This document shows positions 48,854-58,486 of a stretch of DNA of 64,000 nucleotides, in pieces. The DNA is taken from positions 1,376,001 through 1,440,000 of the forward strand of contig CAVZSV010000004.1 of assembly GCA_963778115.1 (NCBI GenBank), read 5' to 3'. The DNA is from an uncultured delta proteobacterium (GTDB lineage: Bacteria; Bdellovibrionota; FAC87; UBA2466). Positions within the stretch are counted from its first letter, which is position 1. Every line of letters starts with the position of its first letter. A program made the translations under genes and the position numbers. The notes under the pieces were generated by a model, which did no database searches, was not told the origin of the DNA, and saw only the letters and a program-made list of their open reading frames with translations.

Positions 48854-51097
48854 GTGGTGGAAAATCAACGATACCCAAGGGTTCGCCTTTCTTTTTTTGG
48901 AGTTATTCTCGGGGGTACTCTCCTTTCGATTTCAGCCTATGGAAATATCCTGGGAGGAACTCCGGTAACATCCAGTGACGTGAATTCCGAGTGGGTAGGC
49001 TTCTTGTCGAATTCTCCGGATGAATATCAATTTTGTTCGGGAACACTCATTAGTCCCTGCGCCGTCCTCACCGCAAGGCACTGCCTCCACGCGAGCGGTA
49101 ACTTCACTCTTCTGAACACGGCGAGTTATTCGACAGACCCTAGTAATACCCAATTTCCTCCGGACAACGGAGATCTGGCGATTCTGCGGCTCACAAATCC
49201 AGTCCCCCTTGTGGATGGCGCGGCACCTTCTTTAGCTAACGAAGTTCCGGAACTCAGTGATAACGTGAATGTCTATGGATGGAGCAGGAACGGGGGCTCC
49301 ACTAGGCTACTCAGAAGCGGAACGTTACTGTTCAACGGATTGTCGCAGGACGACCATACTCCCGCGGGTTTCACAGGAAACTATTTGTTCTCAGTTCTCT
49401 TTTCTTCTACAGGTCAAAATTCCCTCTGTGGCGGAGATAGTGGAGGGCCTACCTTTGATTCGGCGGGGCAGATCGTAGGAGTTCATTCACGAGGCGACAT
49501 GCCGCTAGTAACCGCAGTATGTTATGCCGACTTCTCATTCTCATCAAAGCCTTCTCCGTCTTCCGTGGCACAACAAGCGCTTCCCCACTGCACGGAAAAC
49601 TTTGTTCCCTATGCGATTAATACTAGTGACGGGTATACCAGAGACGGCTGTGTTGACACGAGAAGTTTAAATGGGGCGGGGGCTGGCGTTGCACGATGGT
49701 ATTACTTAACCCCAAGTCCCGCCACCTGCTCGTCACTAACTCCCAAAGCTATTCCTTCCTTGAGATTAAAAGCGATGTCTCAAACTCAATTGGTCAGTTT
49801 GGCTCAAGACAACGTGGCTAAGGAAAAACTGTGGTTGCTTCATCAAGTTAAGGGAACGGGGGAACCGCTCACCATTTACGATTTGACCCTCTATGATACT
49901 ACCAAAACCCTTCTTAACGATTCGCCCGCCGTCTCTTTGAAAGATGGTTCCATCGTGAGTTCTGCGAATGTTTATAATAATACCAAGAACTGTCATCTTT
50001 CCGCGGTTTCAGAAGATGTTCCCGTCCCCGAATACCAGTCTTGGATTTCCTCCACGCTCCTATCCCCCAAATTCAATCAATGTAAGAATTTAACGCTAAC
50101 GTGCAGCGCGACTACTTCGCCAAGTACGATCGCACTCAATGGTGCCAGCACAATTACGGTAACCCCCTCCTCAAATTTTTCTTCGGGGGCGCGTTTCACT
50201 CTCGGAACTGGCTCTTCATCCGTTTCGACTTTTGGCAATGGACAAGGTTTGGGCATATTCAATGTGGCGCCAAACGTAACGACCACTTATCCGATAATCG
50301 TCGATGATGTCCGGGGAGGATTAGGCTCTGCAAAATGCTCAGTACAAGTTACGGTAACGCAACCCACTCCGAGCCCGACTCCGACTCCAACTCCAGTGAC
50401 GACTACGCCACCGAGTTGTAGCTTCAGTGTTCCGACGATCGTTCCCGGTGGCCAAACCAGTTTTGCGTGGACGGTGGGAGCGAAGGGGCCTACGGGATTC
50501 TATGCCTTGATGAGTGCTGGAAAACTTGTTTCTCAAAATACTAACGCCAACACCACGGTACCCTTCAGCCAGAATTTGTCTCCGGGAAGCTACACTTATT
50601 ATGGCTATGGAAATCTACTTGCGATTAATGTTCTAACTCTAATGTCAAATCCCAACGCAATACCGCCCCTCTGTACGGTTCAATTTACCGTGCCCGCTGC
50701 GACTCCAAGTGCCCTCTTTCAAGTTCATGCGTCGATTGGGGGAATGGGAACGATAGTGAGTACTACGGCTAGTACGGGGGGATACCTCAATTCTAGTGAG
50801 CAACGCTACGATCTGTACTCGATTCCTTCGGGCAGTCCATCTATTACCGTCACAGCAACTCCCGCCTCAGGTTGGACGTTTAGTGGGTGGAGTGGTTGCC
50901 CGTCGATATCGGCAAACGCGTGCACCATCCCGTTTGTGATCACCGGAGCTCCGAGCCAGTCTTTTGTCATTAGTGTTAATGCAAGCTTTACTCAGCTCGC
51001 TACGCCGTCTCCGACGCCCGCACCGACTCCGACACCGACTCCCTCCCCGACATCGGCTCCAATCGTGAATCCGAGCCCGCAGCCCAGTCCGCACTAA
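48854..51097 (+). CDS. Secreted trypsin-like (S1) serine protease with Pro/Thr linkers and beta-sandwich modules
   Basis: ILGG, CSGTLI, TARHC, GDLAI, GDSGGP; PT repeats; TATPASGWTFSGWSG. Confidence 0.88.
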   Translation: MVENQRYPRVRLSFFGVILGGTLLSISAYGNILGGTPVTSSDVNSEWVGFLSNSPDEYQFCSGTLISPCAVLTARHCLHASGNFTLLNTASYSTDPSNTQFPPDNGDLAILRLTNPVPLVDGAAPSLANEVPELSDNVNVYGWSRNGGSTRLLRSGTLLFNGLSQDDHTPAGFTGNYLFSVLFSSTGQNSLCGGDSGGPTFDSAGQIVGVHSRGDMPLVTAVCYADFSFSSKPSPSSVAQQALPHCTENFVPYAINTSDGYTRDGCVDTRSLNGAGAGVARWYYLTPSPATCSSLTPKAIPSLRLKAMSQTQLVSLAQDNVAKEKLWLLHQVKGTGEPLTIYDLTLYDTTKTLLNDSPAVSLKDGSIVSSANVYNNTKNCHLSAVSEDVPVPEYQSWISSTLLSPKFNQCKNLTLTCSATTSPSTIALNGASTITVTPSSNFSSGARFTLGTGSSSVSTFGNGQGLGIFNVAPNVTTTYPIIVDDVRGGLGSAKCSVQVTVTQPTPSPTPTPTPVTTTPPSCSFSVPTIVPGGQTSFAWTVGAKGPTGFYALMSAGKLVSQNTNANTTVPFSQNLSPGSYTYYGYGNLLAINVLTLMSNPNAIPPLCTVQFTVPAATPSALFQVHASIGGMGTIVSTTASTGGYLNSSEQRYDLYSIPSGSPSITVTATPASGWTFSGWSGCPSISANACTIPFVITGAPSQSFVISVNASFTQLATPSPTPAPTPTPTPSPTSAPIVNPSPQPSPH

Positions 51098-51175
51098 GGG
51101 ATCCAGAGGCGGGCAGCGAAATTTCCAAGTTAGATGGGCGGTCGCTTCGGCAACCCCTGTTCCCTCAGTACTCCT

Positions 51176-51203
51176 GAAAAAAGGTGTCACTCTCCTTTTG
51201 GGC
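51176..51203. repeat. Half element, subtype GAGAGTG (left arm)
   Basis: GAAAAAAGGTGTCACTCTCCTTTTGGGC, an inverted match to the arms at 46504 and 47305. Confidence 0.8.
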
Positions 51204-51456
51204 TAGGGATCATACATATCTTTTCTTGCCTTTCTCTGTGAAATTTGATCAATCATTTAGATGAGTAATACTCTTGAACCTAAGTTTTTTTTCGTCCATG
51301 TCGAATCAGTTCGCTGGGGTTAATTTTGGCGATCTGCGACTCACCCGGAGGTTAATGGACATGTCTGACGGTATCGCCCAAGATCCTAAAGAGACCTTAC
51401 TCAAGATTTTAGGAGAAGGAGCTGGATCGGAAGCAATGCCGTTAGCATCCTGTTAG
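51203..51456 (+). mobile_element. IS4-family (IS50/Tn5-like) transposase N-terminal remnant
   Basis: QFAGVNFGDLRLTRRL resembles the Tn5-type DNA-binding N-terminus; the ORF stops after about 60 codons. CTAGGGATCATACATA at 51203 may be the IS end. Confidence 0.65.
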
Positions 51457-51466
51457 GAAACTAGCG

Positions 51467-52732
51467 TTAGTGCGCCGTAGGATCTACCACTCTACCCATA
51501 AAGACCGTAGTACCCGTTCCCAAATCTCGAATGAGGAACAAGAAGGGGTGATTCGCATTGAAAGGGATAGAGGGGATGAAGGCCGCACCTGAAATACCTA
51601 ATCCGGTTGCCGCCGCTGCTGTCGTTCCCGTTTCATCGACAGCAATGAAGGTCTTATGCTCGGCTTGCGAAATCGACAAGTCCGTTGCGCCGTCAATTCC
51701 TGAAAAATCCGCATTCCCTGAAAAGGCATCCACAACCCCAAGTGCTATCAAGGGGGTAATAAGTGAGAGATCTGTCGCGAATTGGAATTTGGGTAAGCTT
51801 AGGGCTATCTGAGTTGCTTGTAATTGAGTGGCCCAACTCGCTGTCGTATCGGCGGTGATGCCACTCTCAACGGTGCTAAGACCATTGACCGCATTTGGTA
51901 AAAATACATCCATCGCGTACCCGTTCGACGTATAGGGAATCTCAACGACTTCGTAGCCAGGCATCGATGCGTAGCCAAATTCTGAAGATTGATTCATCAT
52001 GTTCACTGACGTCGGAGTGACGCCGTTCACATAGAAAGTAGCGGGAGCCGTCGATGAGGCGAGAAAAGGAGAGTCCCAAGACCCTTTAAAATAGAGGGCG
52101 TTCACTAAGGCTAGTTTGGTGTTGGGGTCGATAGAATTAAAAATCGTCGGGATGAGTCCGTTCGTCTGGTTGCTAGTCCATTGGTTGATAGTTTGCAAAG
52201 CCGCTGCATTCTGCCCCATGAAATCTAACGTCGCAAATTGAGCAGCATAGTCCGAGGTAAGGGTGCCCGTGAAGGAGGGGAGAATGTCGAATCCTTGTTG
52301 TGCCCATGCCCCATTAGCCACGTCGATGGCGTAGCCGTCCTTGATGCCCCCGCAAACTACTTGATTCGTTAGGGATGCTTCGGCCGAATCATAATTAGTG
52401 ATACTTGTCGGAATTTCTAAAGCGGCAGCGATCTGAGCCGCCGTATTATTTTTGGCTCCGACGTGGACCATGGAGAGCGCTTCATCGACGCTATATCCCG
52501 AAATAAGTAAATTGCCCGAGCCTTGATCTATTTGAGAGTACAGAGCCAGAGTAAATCCGTTATTGGCCTGGGCAACCGCCGCGGTATCGGGAGATTTGGC
52601 CACCCCTTGTTGGTCCGCACAGAATGACTCAAGCTGTGTCAGACGCTGGGCCGGGACTTTACTATCACCACAACCGGCGAGAGTTATCAGAAGCAGGATA
52701 ACTAGTATTTTCGTGCGAATAATCGTGTCCAT
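51467..52732 (-). CDS. Serpin, predicted lipoprotein
   Basis: LAGC lipobox, LVNALYFKGSW, LPKF, VDETGTTAAAAT hinge, FNANHPFLFLI, FMGRVVDP. Confidence 0.95.
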   Translation of the reverse strand: MDTIIRTKILVILLLITLAGCGDSKVPAQRLTQLESFCADQQGVAKSPDTAAVAQANNGFTLALYSQIDQGSGNLLISGYSVDEALSMVHVGAKNNTAAQIAAALEIPTSITNYDSAEASLTNQVVCGGIKDGYAIDVANGAWAQQGFDILPSFTGTLTSDYAAQFATLDFMGQNAAALQTINQWTSNQTNGLIPTIFNSIDPNTKLALVNALYFKGSWDSPFLASSTAPATFYVNGVTPTSVNMMNQSSEFGYASMPGYEVVEIPYTSNGYAMDVFLPNAVNGLSTVESGITADTTASWATQLQATQIALSLPKFQFATDLSLITPLIALGVVDAFSGNADFSGIDGATDLSISQAEHKTFIAVDETGTTAAAATGLGISGAAFIPSIPFNANHPFLFLIRDLGTGTTVFMGRVVDPTAH

Positions 52733-52877
52733 TGGCGAAGCCTCCTAACAGGGGAACATTTCTCTATCCATATTATTCTCTAAGACCGCTTCCGAAATGA
52801 ACTAAGATTTCGTGCCAGATGGACCAGAGGCAAAGCATCGGACGGAAGCTAGCGGAATGTGATACCTCCGCCGCTGT

Positions 52878-53671
52878 TCAGTGCGAATCGAATACCGGGC
52901 CGGTCGTCGACCGCCGTGTTTTCGCGAAATAAAGGGGGAGCAGGGCAAAGGCGAGCACGCCGATGATGACCCAGCAAATTTGATCGAAACTCATAACAAA
53001 CACTTGTGCCATCACACGGCCGTAGATCGATTTGACGGCCAGGGTGTCGGCGCTGCCAAGGCCAGTCTCCGTGCTCATACGGGAGAGAAGCAAGCCCTTC
53101 ATCCGGATGTAGTCGCCCCAAGCGGTCATATTGAGTGCGGAGACTTGGGGAAGTAGGTCGGTGTAGTTCTGCGCGCTGAGGCGGGCCAATAGGGTTGTGA
53201 GTGAAGCGATCCCGATGCTTTCTCCGATTTGCCGGAAGAAGTTCTGCATCCCGGCGACTTGTCCTAGCTCCTGCCCACGGAACTGACTGAGTACCATCGT
53301 GTTGATCGGCACAAAGAGGAAGGCCGCGGCGAGGCCCCGAAAGCTTAGAGGAACGAACATGTTGATCTGACCCGTGGCTGAATTGAAACTCGCCATCATG
53401 AACAGTGCTGTGATTCCAAATGAGATTCCGATAAAGACCAACAGCTTCGGGTTGACCCACCGACTGAGCAGGCCGACCGGCATCATTGCAAGGGCCGTGA
53501 TGATCGAAGGCGGAAGATAAAGTATACCGGTCTGCGTGGCATCGAGATGAACTGCTTCGGAAGCGAAGATCGGAATGATGAAGGTGAGTGAATAAAGCAT
53601 GATCCCCAGCATCAGCATGAGCGAGGTTCCGGAGCGGACGACGCTTTCTTTGAAAAGCCGCAGGTTCATGA
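52878..53671 (-). pseudogene. 5'-truncated DHA2 (EmrB/QacA) MFS transporter
   Basis: Begins at MNLRLFK (mid-protein) and contains FVPINT and NFFRQIGESIGIA. The upstream part of the track ORF is translated repeat. Confidence 0.8.
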
Positions 53672-53791
53672 AGCAAAAGGAGCAAAAGGAGCAAAAGGTG
53701 CCCGCCGACTTCCGGGACCCTTCTTCACCGCTTAGGTCCCAAAAGTCGACGGGCACCTTTTTTTGCACCTTTTTTTTTAGGCACCTTTTTT
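53672..53791. repeat. Hairpin element, subtype GTCGAC, copy C, stuttered at both ends
   Basis: (AGCAAAAGG)x3, then the hairpin, then GCACCT9 and GGCACCT6. Confidence 0.92.
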
Positions 53792-53904
53792 CTCTTTTTG
53801 CTCGAATGGTGCTCATCCGCGAAAGGCGTCGAAGTTGCCCCTTCGGGGTTGAAGCCGCGACGCTTTTGGATATAGTCTGCTCCGATAGAAAGCGGAGTTT
53901 TAGA

Positions 53905-56900
53905 GTGCCTGTGGTCGTGCGAAATCAGCTCATCCTTCTTCTCTTATTTCTCGACTCCCTTTGTTTCGTGGCGGACTTGGCCCTCCCCAAAGGCTGGGTT
54001 ATCTGGGTTCTTTACCTTATCCCATGTATTTTAGCGCTCTTTGGTCCAAGCAAACTAACCCCTCTTATTCAGGCTGGCCTTTCCATTTTACTCACTTGGA
54101 TTGGATATCTGGGTTCGCCGGATTCCGGGCTACCCGAATCCATGGTGGTGGTGAACCGGTTAATAGGAAGTGCTTCCTTTCTTGCGACGGGAATCTTCGG
54201 TCGTGTCTTCGTGCAAAAAAAGATCCTGGTGGAACAGCTCGATTGGATTCGTGCGGGCCAAAATGAAATCCATGAGGCCATCCGGGGCGATCTTACTTTG
54301 ACGGAACTATCCGCGAAGATTCTAAACTTTCTCGTCTTCTATACCAACGCCAAAGCGGGCGTCTTTTTTGCCCGTCGAAGAGACGAAAGCGTAGTCCGGG
54401 AGGCTACCTTTGGAGTGACGAAAGATAAACTTGCCGCACCGAAAACTCTGAGTCCGAAAGAGGGCCTGGCGTGGGAAGCTGCGGAAACACGAAAAATCCT
54501 CGAAATAACAGATCCCCCTAAGGGTTATTTGCCCTTCGGTTCTGGATTGGGAAAATCCGACGCCACTCACATCATGATTATTCCCTTCTGCGTGGGTGAC
54601 CAGGTGTGCGGGGTTTGTGAGCTAGGGTTTATTGGCCCACCTAAGGGAATCCAGCACCGTTTTTTTGACGCGATCAAGGAGGCGATTGCGCTGACCCTTC
54701 GCTCCGCCAGAGACCGGGAGATCCAGTCCGAGCTTCTTCACGAGACGCAGCAGCAAGCAGAGGAGCTGAAATCGCAGCAGGAAGCGCTCCATGAGACAAA
54801 CGAGGATCTTCGGCAGAAGAGCGAAGAACTTAAGACTCAGCAGGAGGACCTGAGCCAAAAGAACGAAGAGCTCCAACAGCAACAGGCCACACTCGAAGAG
54901 CAGAAGGAGCAGGTGGAGGAGACAAACCGGGCGCTGGAAGAGACGAAAGACATGCTCGAAAAAAGAACGGAAGCGCTCATCTCGGCTAACCGTTATAAGT
55001 CCGAGTTCCTGGCCAATATGTCCCATGAGTTACGGACCCCGCTCAATAGCATCCTGATTCTCGCCAAACTCGTCTCAGAAGGAAAAGTGGACTCCTCGGA
55101 CGAATTGTCCGAGATGGGGGGCACCATTCATGCTTCCGCCGCCGATCTATTAAGCCTGATCAACGATATTCTGGATCTTTCAAAAATCGAAGCCGGCCGC
55201 TTGGAAGCCCGGCCACAGGAAGTGATGATTGCCAGAGTGGCTGATTCCCTGGGCAGGCACTTTCGACCGCAAGCCCAACCGAAGGGGATCTCTTTCGAGG
55301 TGGTGTTCGAAGAGGAGGCCCCTGAGCGCATCATCACCGACAAGACTCGACTAGAACAGATCCTGCGTAACTTCTTGTCCAATGCTTTCAAGTTCACGGA
55401 GGTGGGAGAGGTCGTGTTGCAATTTAGAAAGCCGACGCCGCGAGAAATGAAAGACGATGCACCTTACCTTGCGATCGAGGTAAGTGATACGGGAATAGGG
55501 ATTTCGGATGACAAACAGGGCCTGATTTTCGAAGCGTTCCAGCAGGGGGATGGATCTGTCAGTCGAAAATTCGGCGGAACAGGGCTGGGGCTCACCATTT
55601 CGCGGGAGTTGGCAAACCTCTTGGGTGGAAGAATCGCGGTTCAAAGCGCTGTTGGCAGGGGCAGCTCCTTTACGCTTTTTCTTCCGGAACACATTCCTGT
55701 TCGGAAGGATTTCGGAGACGATCAGACCGCAACGAGCTCGGCTTCTATTTTCCCTCCGAAAGAAGAGCGTGATGAAACCCAGCCCCCCGAAGAAAAATCC
55801 CAATCCAAGCATCCCTCGCAAACTCTCGCCGATGACCGAGAAAATCTTGGCCTGAACGATAAGCGCGTCCTGATCATTGAGGACGATCCGAGTTTTTCCA
55901 AAATCTTGGCGAATCTTTGCCGGAAAAAGGGGTTTAAATGTATTCACGCCTCAACCGGGGAGGCGGGGTTGGAAGATGCGATGAGATTCTTACCGCACGG
56001 GATCATCCTGGACATTCGACTTCCGGGTAAGAGCGGCATCACTGTTTTAAACGAGTTAAAGCGCGACCCCAAGACCCGGCATATCCCCGTCGAAGTCCTA
56101 TCGGTCGAAGACGTGGAATCTCAGGTTCTCAAAATGGGGGCCGTGGGTTTCGTGTCCAAGCCCATGACCAGCGAAGAATTAGATGAGGCTTTGGACGTCA
56201 TCGAGACACAAATGCATAGAACCGCGTATCACGTTCTCATCGTGGAAGATAATGAAGTCGAGAGCCTGGCCATCCAAAAGCTAATTGGCAATGGAATCGT
56301 GAAATCGCAGGCGGTGAGTTCCGCGGAAGAGGCCCTCGGAGCGTTAATGGAACGAAAGTTTGACTGCATTATCCTTGACCTCAAGCTCGCTAACAGCACG
56401 GGGTTTGAGCTTCTGGAAACACTCAGCCGGAACTGTTCAGTTCACCTGCCTCCGGTTATCGTCTACACGGGAAAGGATCTTTCGAAAGAAGAGGAGGAGA
56501 AGCTCGAGAAATACTCGGAGTGTATTATCATCAAGGGTGCAAAATCCCCGGAGCGGCTTCTGAATGAAGTAACGCTTTTCCTTCACCGTATCGAAGAAGA
56601 GTTGCCCAAAGAGCAGCAGGCCATGCTGGAAAGTGTGCGCCACCGGGAAGACATCTTCGACGGAAAGAAAATTCTGGTGGTGGATGATGACATGCGAAGC
56701 GTATTTGCCTTGAGAAACGTCCTCAGGAAACGGGGGTTCGAATTAATGACCGCAAAAAATGGCAAGGAAGCGCTCGATATATTGGAACGGCACCCTAACG
56801 TGGACCTGGTTCTGATGGATATCATGATGCCAGAGATGGACGGGCTAGAAGCCACCAGAAGAATTCGTGCCCGCCGGGATTTTCAAAGACTTCCGGTAAT

Positions 56901-57030
56901 AGCCCTTACGGCGAAGGCCATGAAAGGAGACAGGGAAAAATGTTTGGAAGCCGGTGCGAACGATTACCTTTCAAAGCCCATAGACACCGATAACCTCATT
57001 TCGCTGTTACGAATATGGCTGACCCGGTGA
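53905..57030 (+). CDS. Membrane hybrid histidine kinase (GAF, Q/E coiled coil, HisKA/HATPase, three receivers)
   Basis: FLANMSHELRTPLN, GGTGLGL; receivers IIEDD, IVEDN and VVDDD. Start placed at GTG 53905 after GGAG. Confidence 0.92.
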   Translation: MPVVVRNQLILLLLFLDSLCFVADLALPKGWVIWVLYLIPCILALFGPSKLTPLIQAGLSILLTWIGYLGSPDSGLPESMVVVNRLIGSASFLATGIFGRVFVQKKILVEQLDWIRAGQNEIHEAIRGDLTLTELSAKILNFLVFYTNAKAGVFFARRRDESVVREATFGVTKDKLAAPKTLSPKEGLAWEAAETRKILEITDPPKGYLPFGSGLGKSDATHIMIIPFCVGDQVCGVCELGFIGPPKGIQHRFFDAIKEAIALTLRSARDREIQSELLHETQQQAEELKSQQEALHETNEDLRQKSEELKTQQEDLSQKNEELQQQQATLEEQKEQVEETNRALEETKDMLEKRTEALISANRYKSEFLANMSHELRTPLNSILILAKLVSEGKVDSSDELSEMGGTIHASAADLLSLINDILDLSKIEAGRLEARPQEVMIARVADSLGRHFRPQAQPKGISFEVVFEEEAPERIITDKTRLEQILRNFLSNAFKFTEVGEVVLQFRKPTPREMKDDAPYLAIEVSDTGIGISDDKQGLIFEAFQQGDGSVSRKFGGTGLGLTISRELANLLGGRIAVQSAVGRGSSFTLFLPEHIPVRKDFGDDQTATSSASIFPPKEERDETQPPEEKSQSKHPSQTLADDRENLGLNDKRVLIIEDDPSFSKILANLCRKKGFKCIHASTGEAGLEDAMRFLPHGIILDIRLPGKSGITVLNELKRDPKTRHIPVEVLSVEDVESQVLKMGAVGFVSKPMTSEELDEALDVIETQMHRTAYHVLIVEDNEVESLAIQKLIGNGIVKSQAVSSAEEALGALMERKFDCIILDLKLANSTGFELLETLSRNCSVHLPPVIVYTGKDLSKEEEEKLEKYSECIIIKGAKSPERLLNEVTLFLHRIEEELPKEQQAMLESVRHREDIFDGKKILVVDDDMRSVFALRNVLRKRGFELMTAKNGKEALDILERHPNVDLVLMDIMMPEMDGLEATRRIRARRDFQRLPVIALTAKAMKGDREKCLEAGANDYLSKPIDTDNLISLLRIWLTR

Positions 57031-57872
57031 AAAAAGAAGAGAGCTTAAGACCCCGCGATACGGAAGACATAGAGGTATCAACGATCTCGCAAGCCATCTT
57101 TGAAAAATATGGGTACGATTTTCGTCGTTACTCCAAAGCTTCGTTGAAACGAAGGCTTATCAATATCGCGGATAAACAGGGTTTTGAAAGTATTTCCGAA
57201 CTCCAGCACGGAATCTTGAGAGACTCTGCGCTCTTTTCCAGAATCTTGGCCGATCTCACAGTTACGGTCACCGAATTTTTCCGCGATGGCACCCTTTTCC
57301 GAGTGATCCGCGAGAAGGTGGCGCCCCACTTGCATACCTATCCTCAAATTAAAGTGTGGCATGCCGGTTGTTCGAGCGGTGAAGAGGTGGATTCGATGGC
57401 GATTACGCTGCATGAGGAAGGGCTTTTAAGCCGCTGTCTTATATATGGGACGGATATCAATCTCGCGGCGCTTCGCAGGGCGCGCCGCGGGATCTATCCA
57501 TTGGAAGCGGTTCGAAAAGCCACTCAGAATTATTTTCTGGGGGGAGGGAAAGAGAGCCCGAGCCGATACTTCACGACGAAACACGGCGCTGCCCTTCTCA
57601 ATCCCTTTTTGCGAGAGAGGGTTCTTTTTTCGGATCACAATCTTGCGACCGACACATCTTTCGCGGAGGTCCAGCTTCTTGTCTGCAGGAACGTCCTTAT
57701 CTATTTCGATTCTGAGCTTCAGGAACGGGCACTTGAACTTTTCGCACTCAGCCTCTCGGCCGGAGGTTTCCTGTGTTTGGGGTCCAAAGAAAGCCTTCAA
57801 ACTTCAAAGGCATCCCGATGGTTTGAAACGGTCGACGCAACAGAGCGCATCTATCGGAAGCGGATTTGTTAG
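57015..57872 (+). CDS. cheR: CheR-type protein-glutamate methyltransferase
   Basis: YGYDFRRY, TEFFRD, WHAGCSSGEE, CRNVLIYF. Confidence 0.93.
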   Translation: MADPVKKEESLRPRDTEDIEVSTISQAIFEKYGYDFRRYSKASLKRRLINIADKQGFESISELQHGILRDSALFSRILADLTVTVTEFFRDGTLFRVIREKVAPHLHTYPQIKVWHAGCSSGEEVDSMAITLHEEGLLSRCLIYGTDINLAALRRARRGIYPLEAVRKATQNYFLGGGKESPSRYFTTKHGAALLNPFLRERVLFSDHNLATDTSFAEVQLLVCRNVLIYFDSELQERALELFALSLSAGGFLCLGSKESLQTSKASRWFETVDATERIYRKRIC

Positions 57873-57880
57873 AGGGTACG

Positions 57881-58486
57881 ATGGAGAAAAGACATTTTAG
57901 CCTGGTCGTCGTGGGAAGTTCGGCGGGAGGACTCAAAGCCTTACAAAAAGTTCTTTGCGGTTTACCGAGGAATTTCCCACTACCCACCGTCGTCGTACAG
58001 CACCTCCTGCCCGCTTCGCGCACGCTTCTTCCCGATTTATTGGCGCGGCATTGCGAACTTAACGTCAAGGAGGCCGAGGACAAAGAAAGTCTAAAGCCAG
58101 GAACGATTTATATCGCACCGGCCAGTTACCACCTTTTTGTAGAACGCGGCCTCACGCTCGCCCTTTCCCAGGACGAGAAGGTGAGTTTCGCAAGACCTTC
58201 CATCGATGTGCTCTTCGAATCGGCGTCGGAAGCGGTGGGCGCCGGGTTGATTGGTATTGTTCTGACGGGAGCGAACGCCGATGGCGCGCGGGGGGCAAAG
58301 AAGGCGAAAGAGCGGGGGGCGGAAATTATTGTTCAGGCTCCTGAAACGGCTGAGGTGCCGGCGATGCCGGAAGCGGTCATTCGCCTGGCCCAACCTCAGC
58401 AGGTAGTGCCATTGGATAATATTTCCACCCTGCTATTAAGAATGACGAAAGAGATAGTTCCTGATAGCACTTCGAGTCATCCATGA
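57881..58486 (+). CDS. cheB: CheB-type methylesterase (catalytic domain only)
   Basis: GSSAGG, VVQH, RPSIDVLF, LTGANADG. Confidence 0.92.
   Translation: MEKRHFSLVVVGSSAGGLKALQKVLCGLPRNFPLPTVVVQHLLPASRTLLPDLLARHCELNVKEAEDKESLKPGTIYIAPASYHLFVERGLTLALSQDEKVSFARPSIDVLFESASEAVGAGLIGIVLTGANADGARGAKKAKERGAEIIVQAPETAEVPAMPEAVIRLAQPQQVVPLDNISTLLLRMTKEIVPDSTSSHP

Noticed and set aside
50355..51095. CCGACT-like tandem repeats
   Set aside because: They encode Pro/Thr linkers of the protease.
53599..53904. N-terminal extensions of track ORFs 53599-57030 and 52878-53816, plus ORFs 46313-46585 and 59530-59853
   Set aside because: They are translations of the hairpin repeats (KVPVDF, STGTFF, GPESRRAPF).
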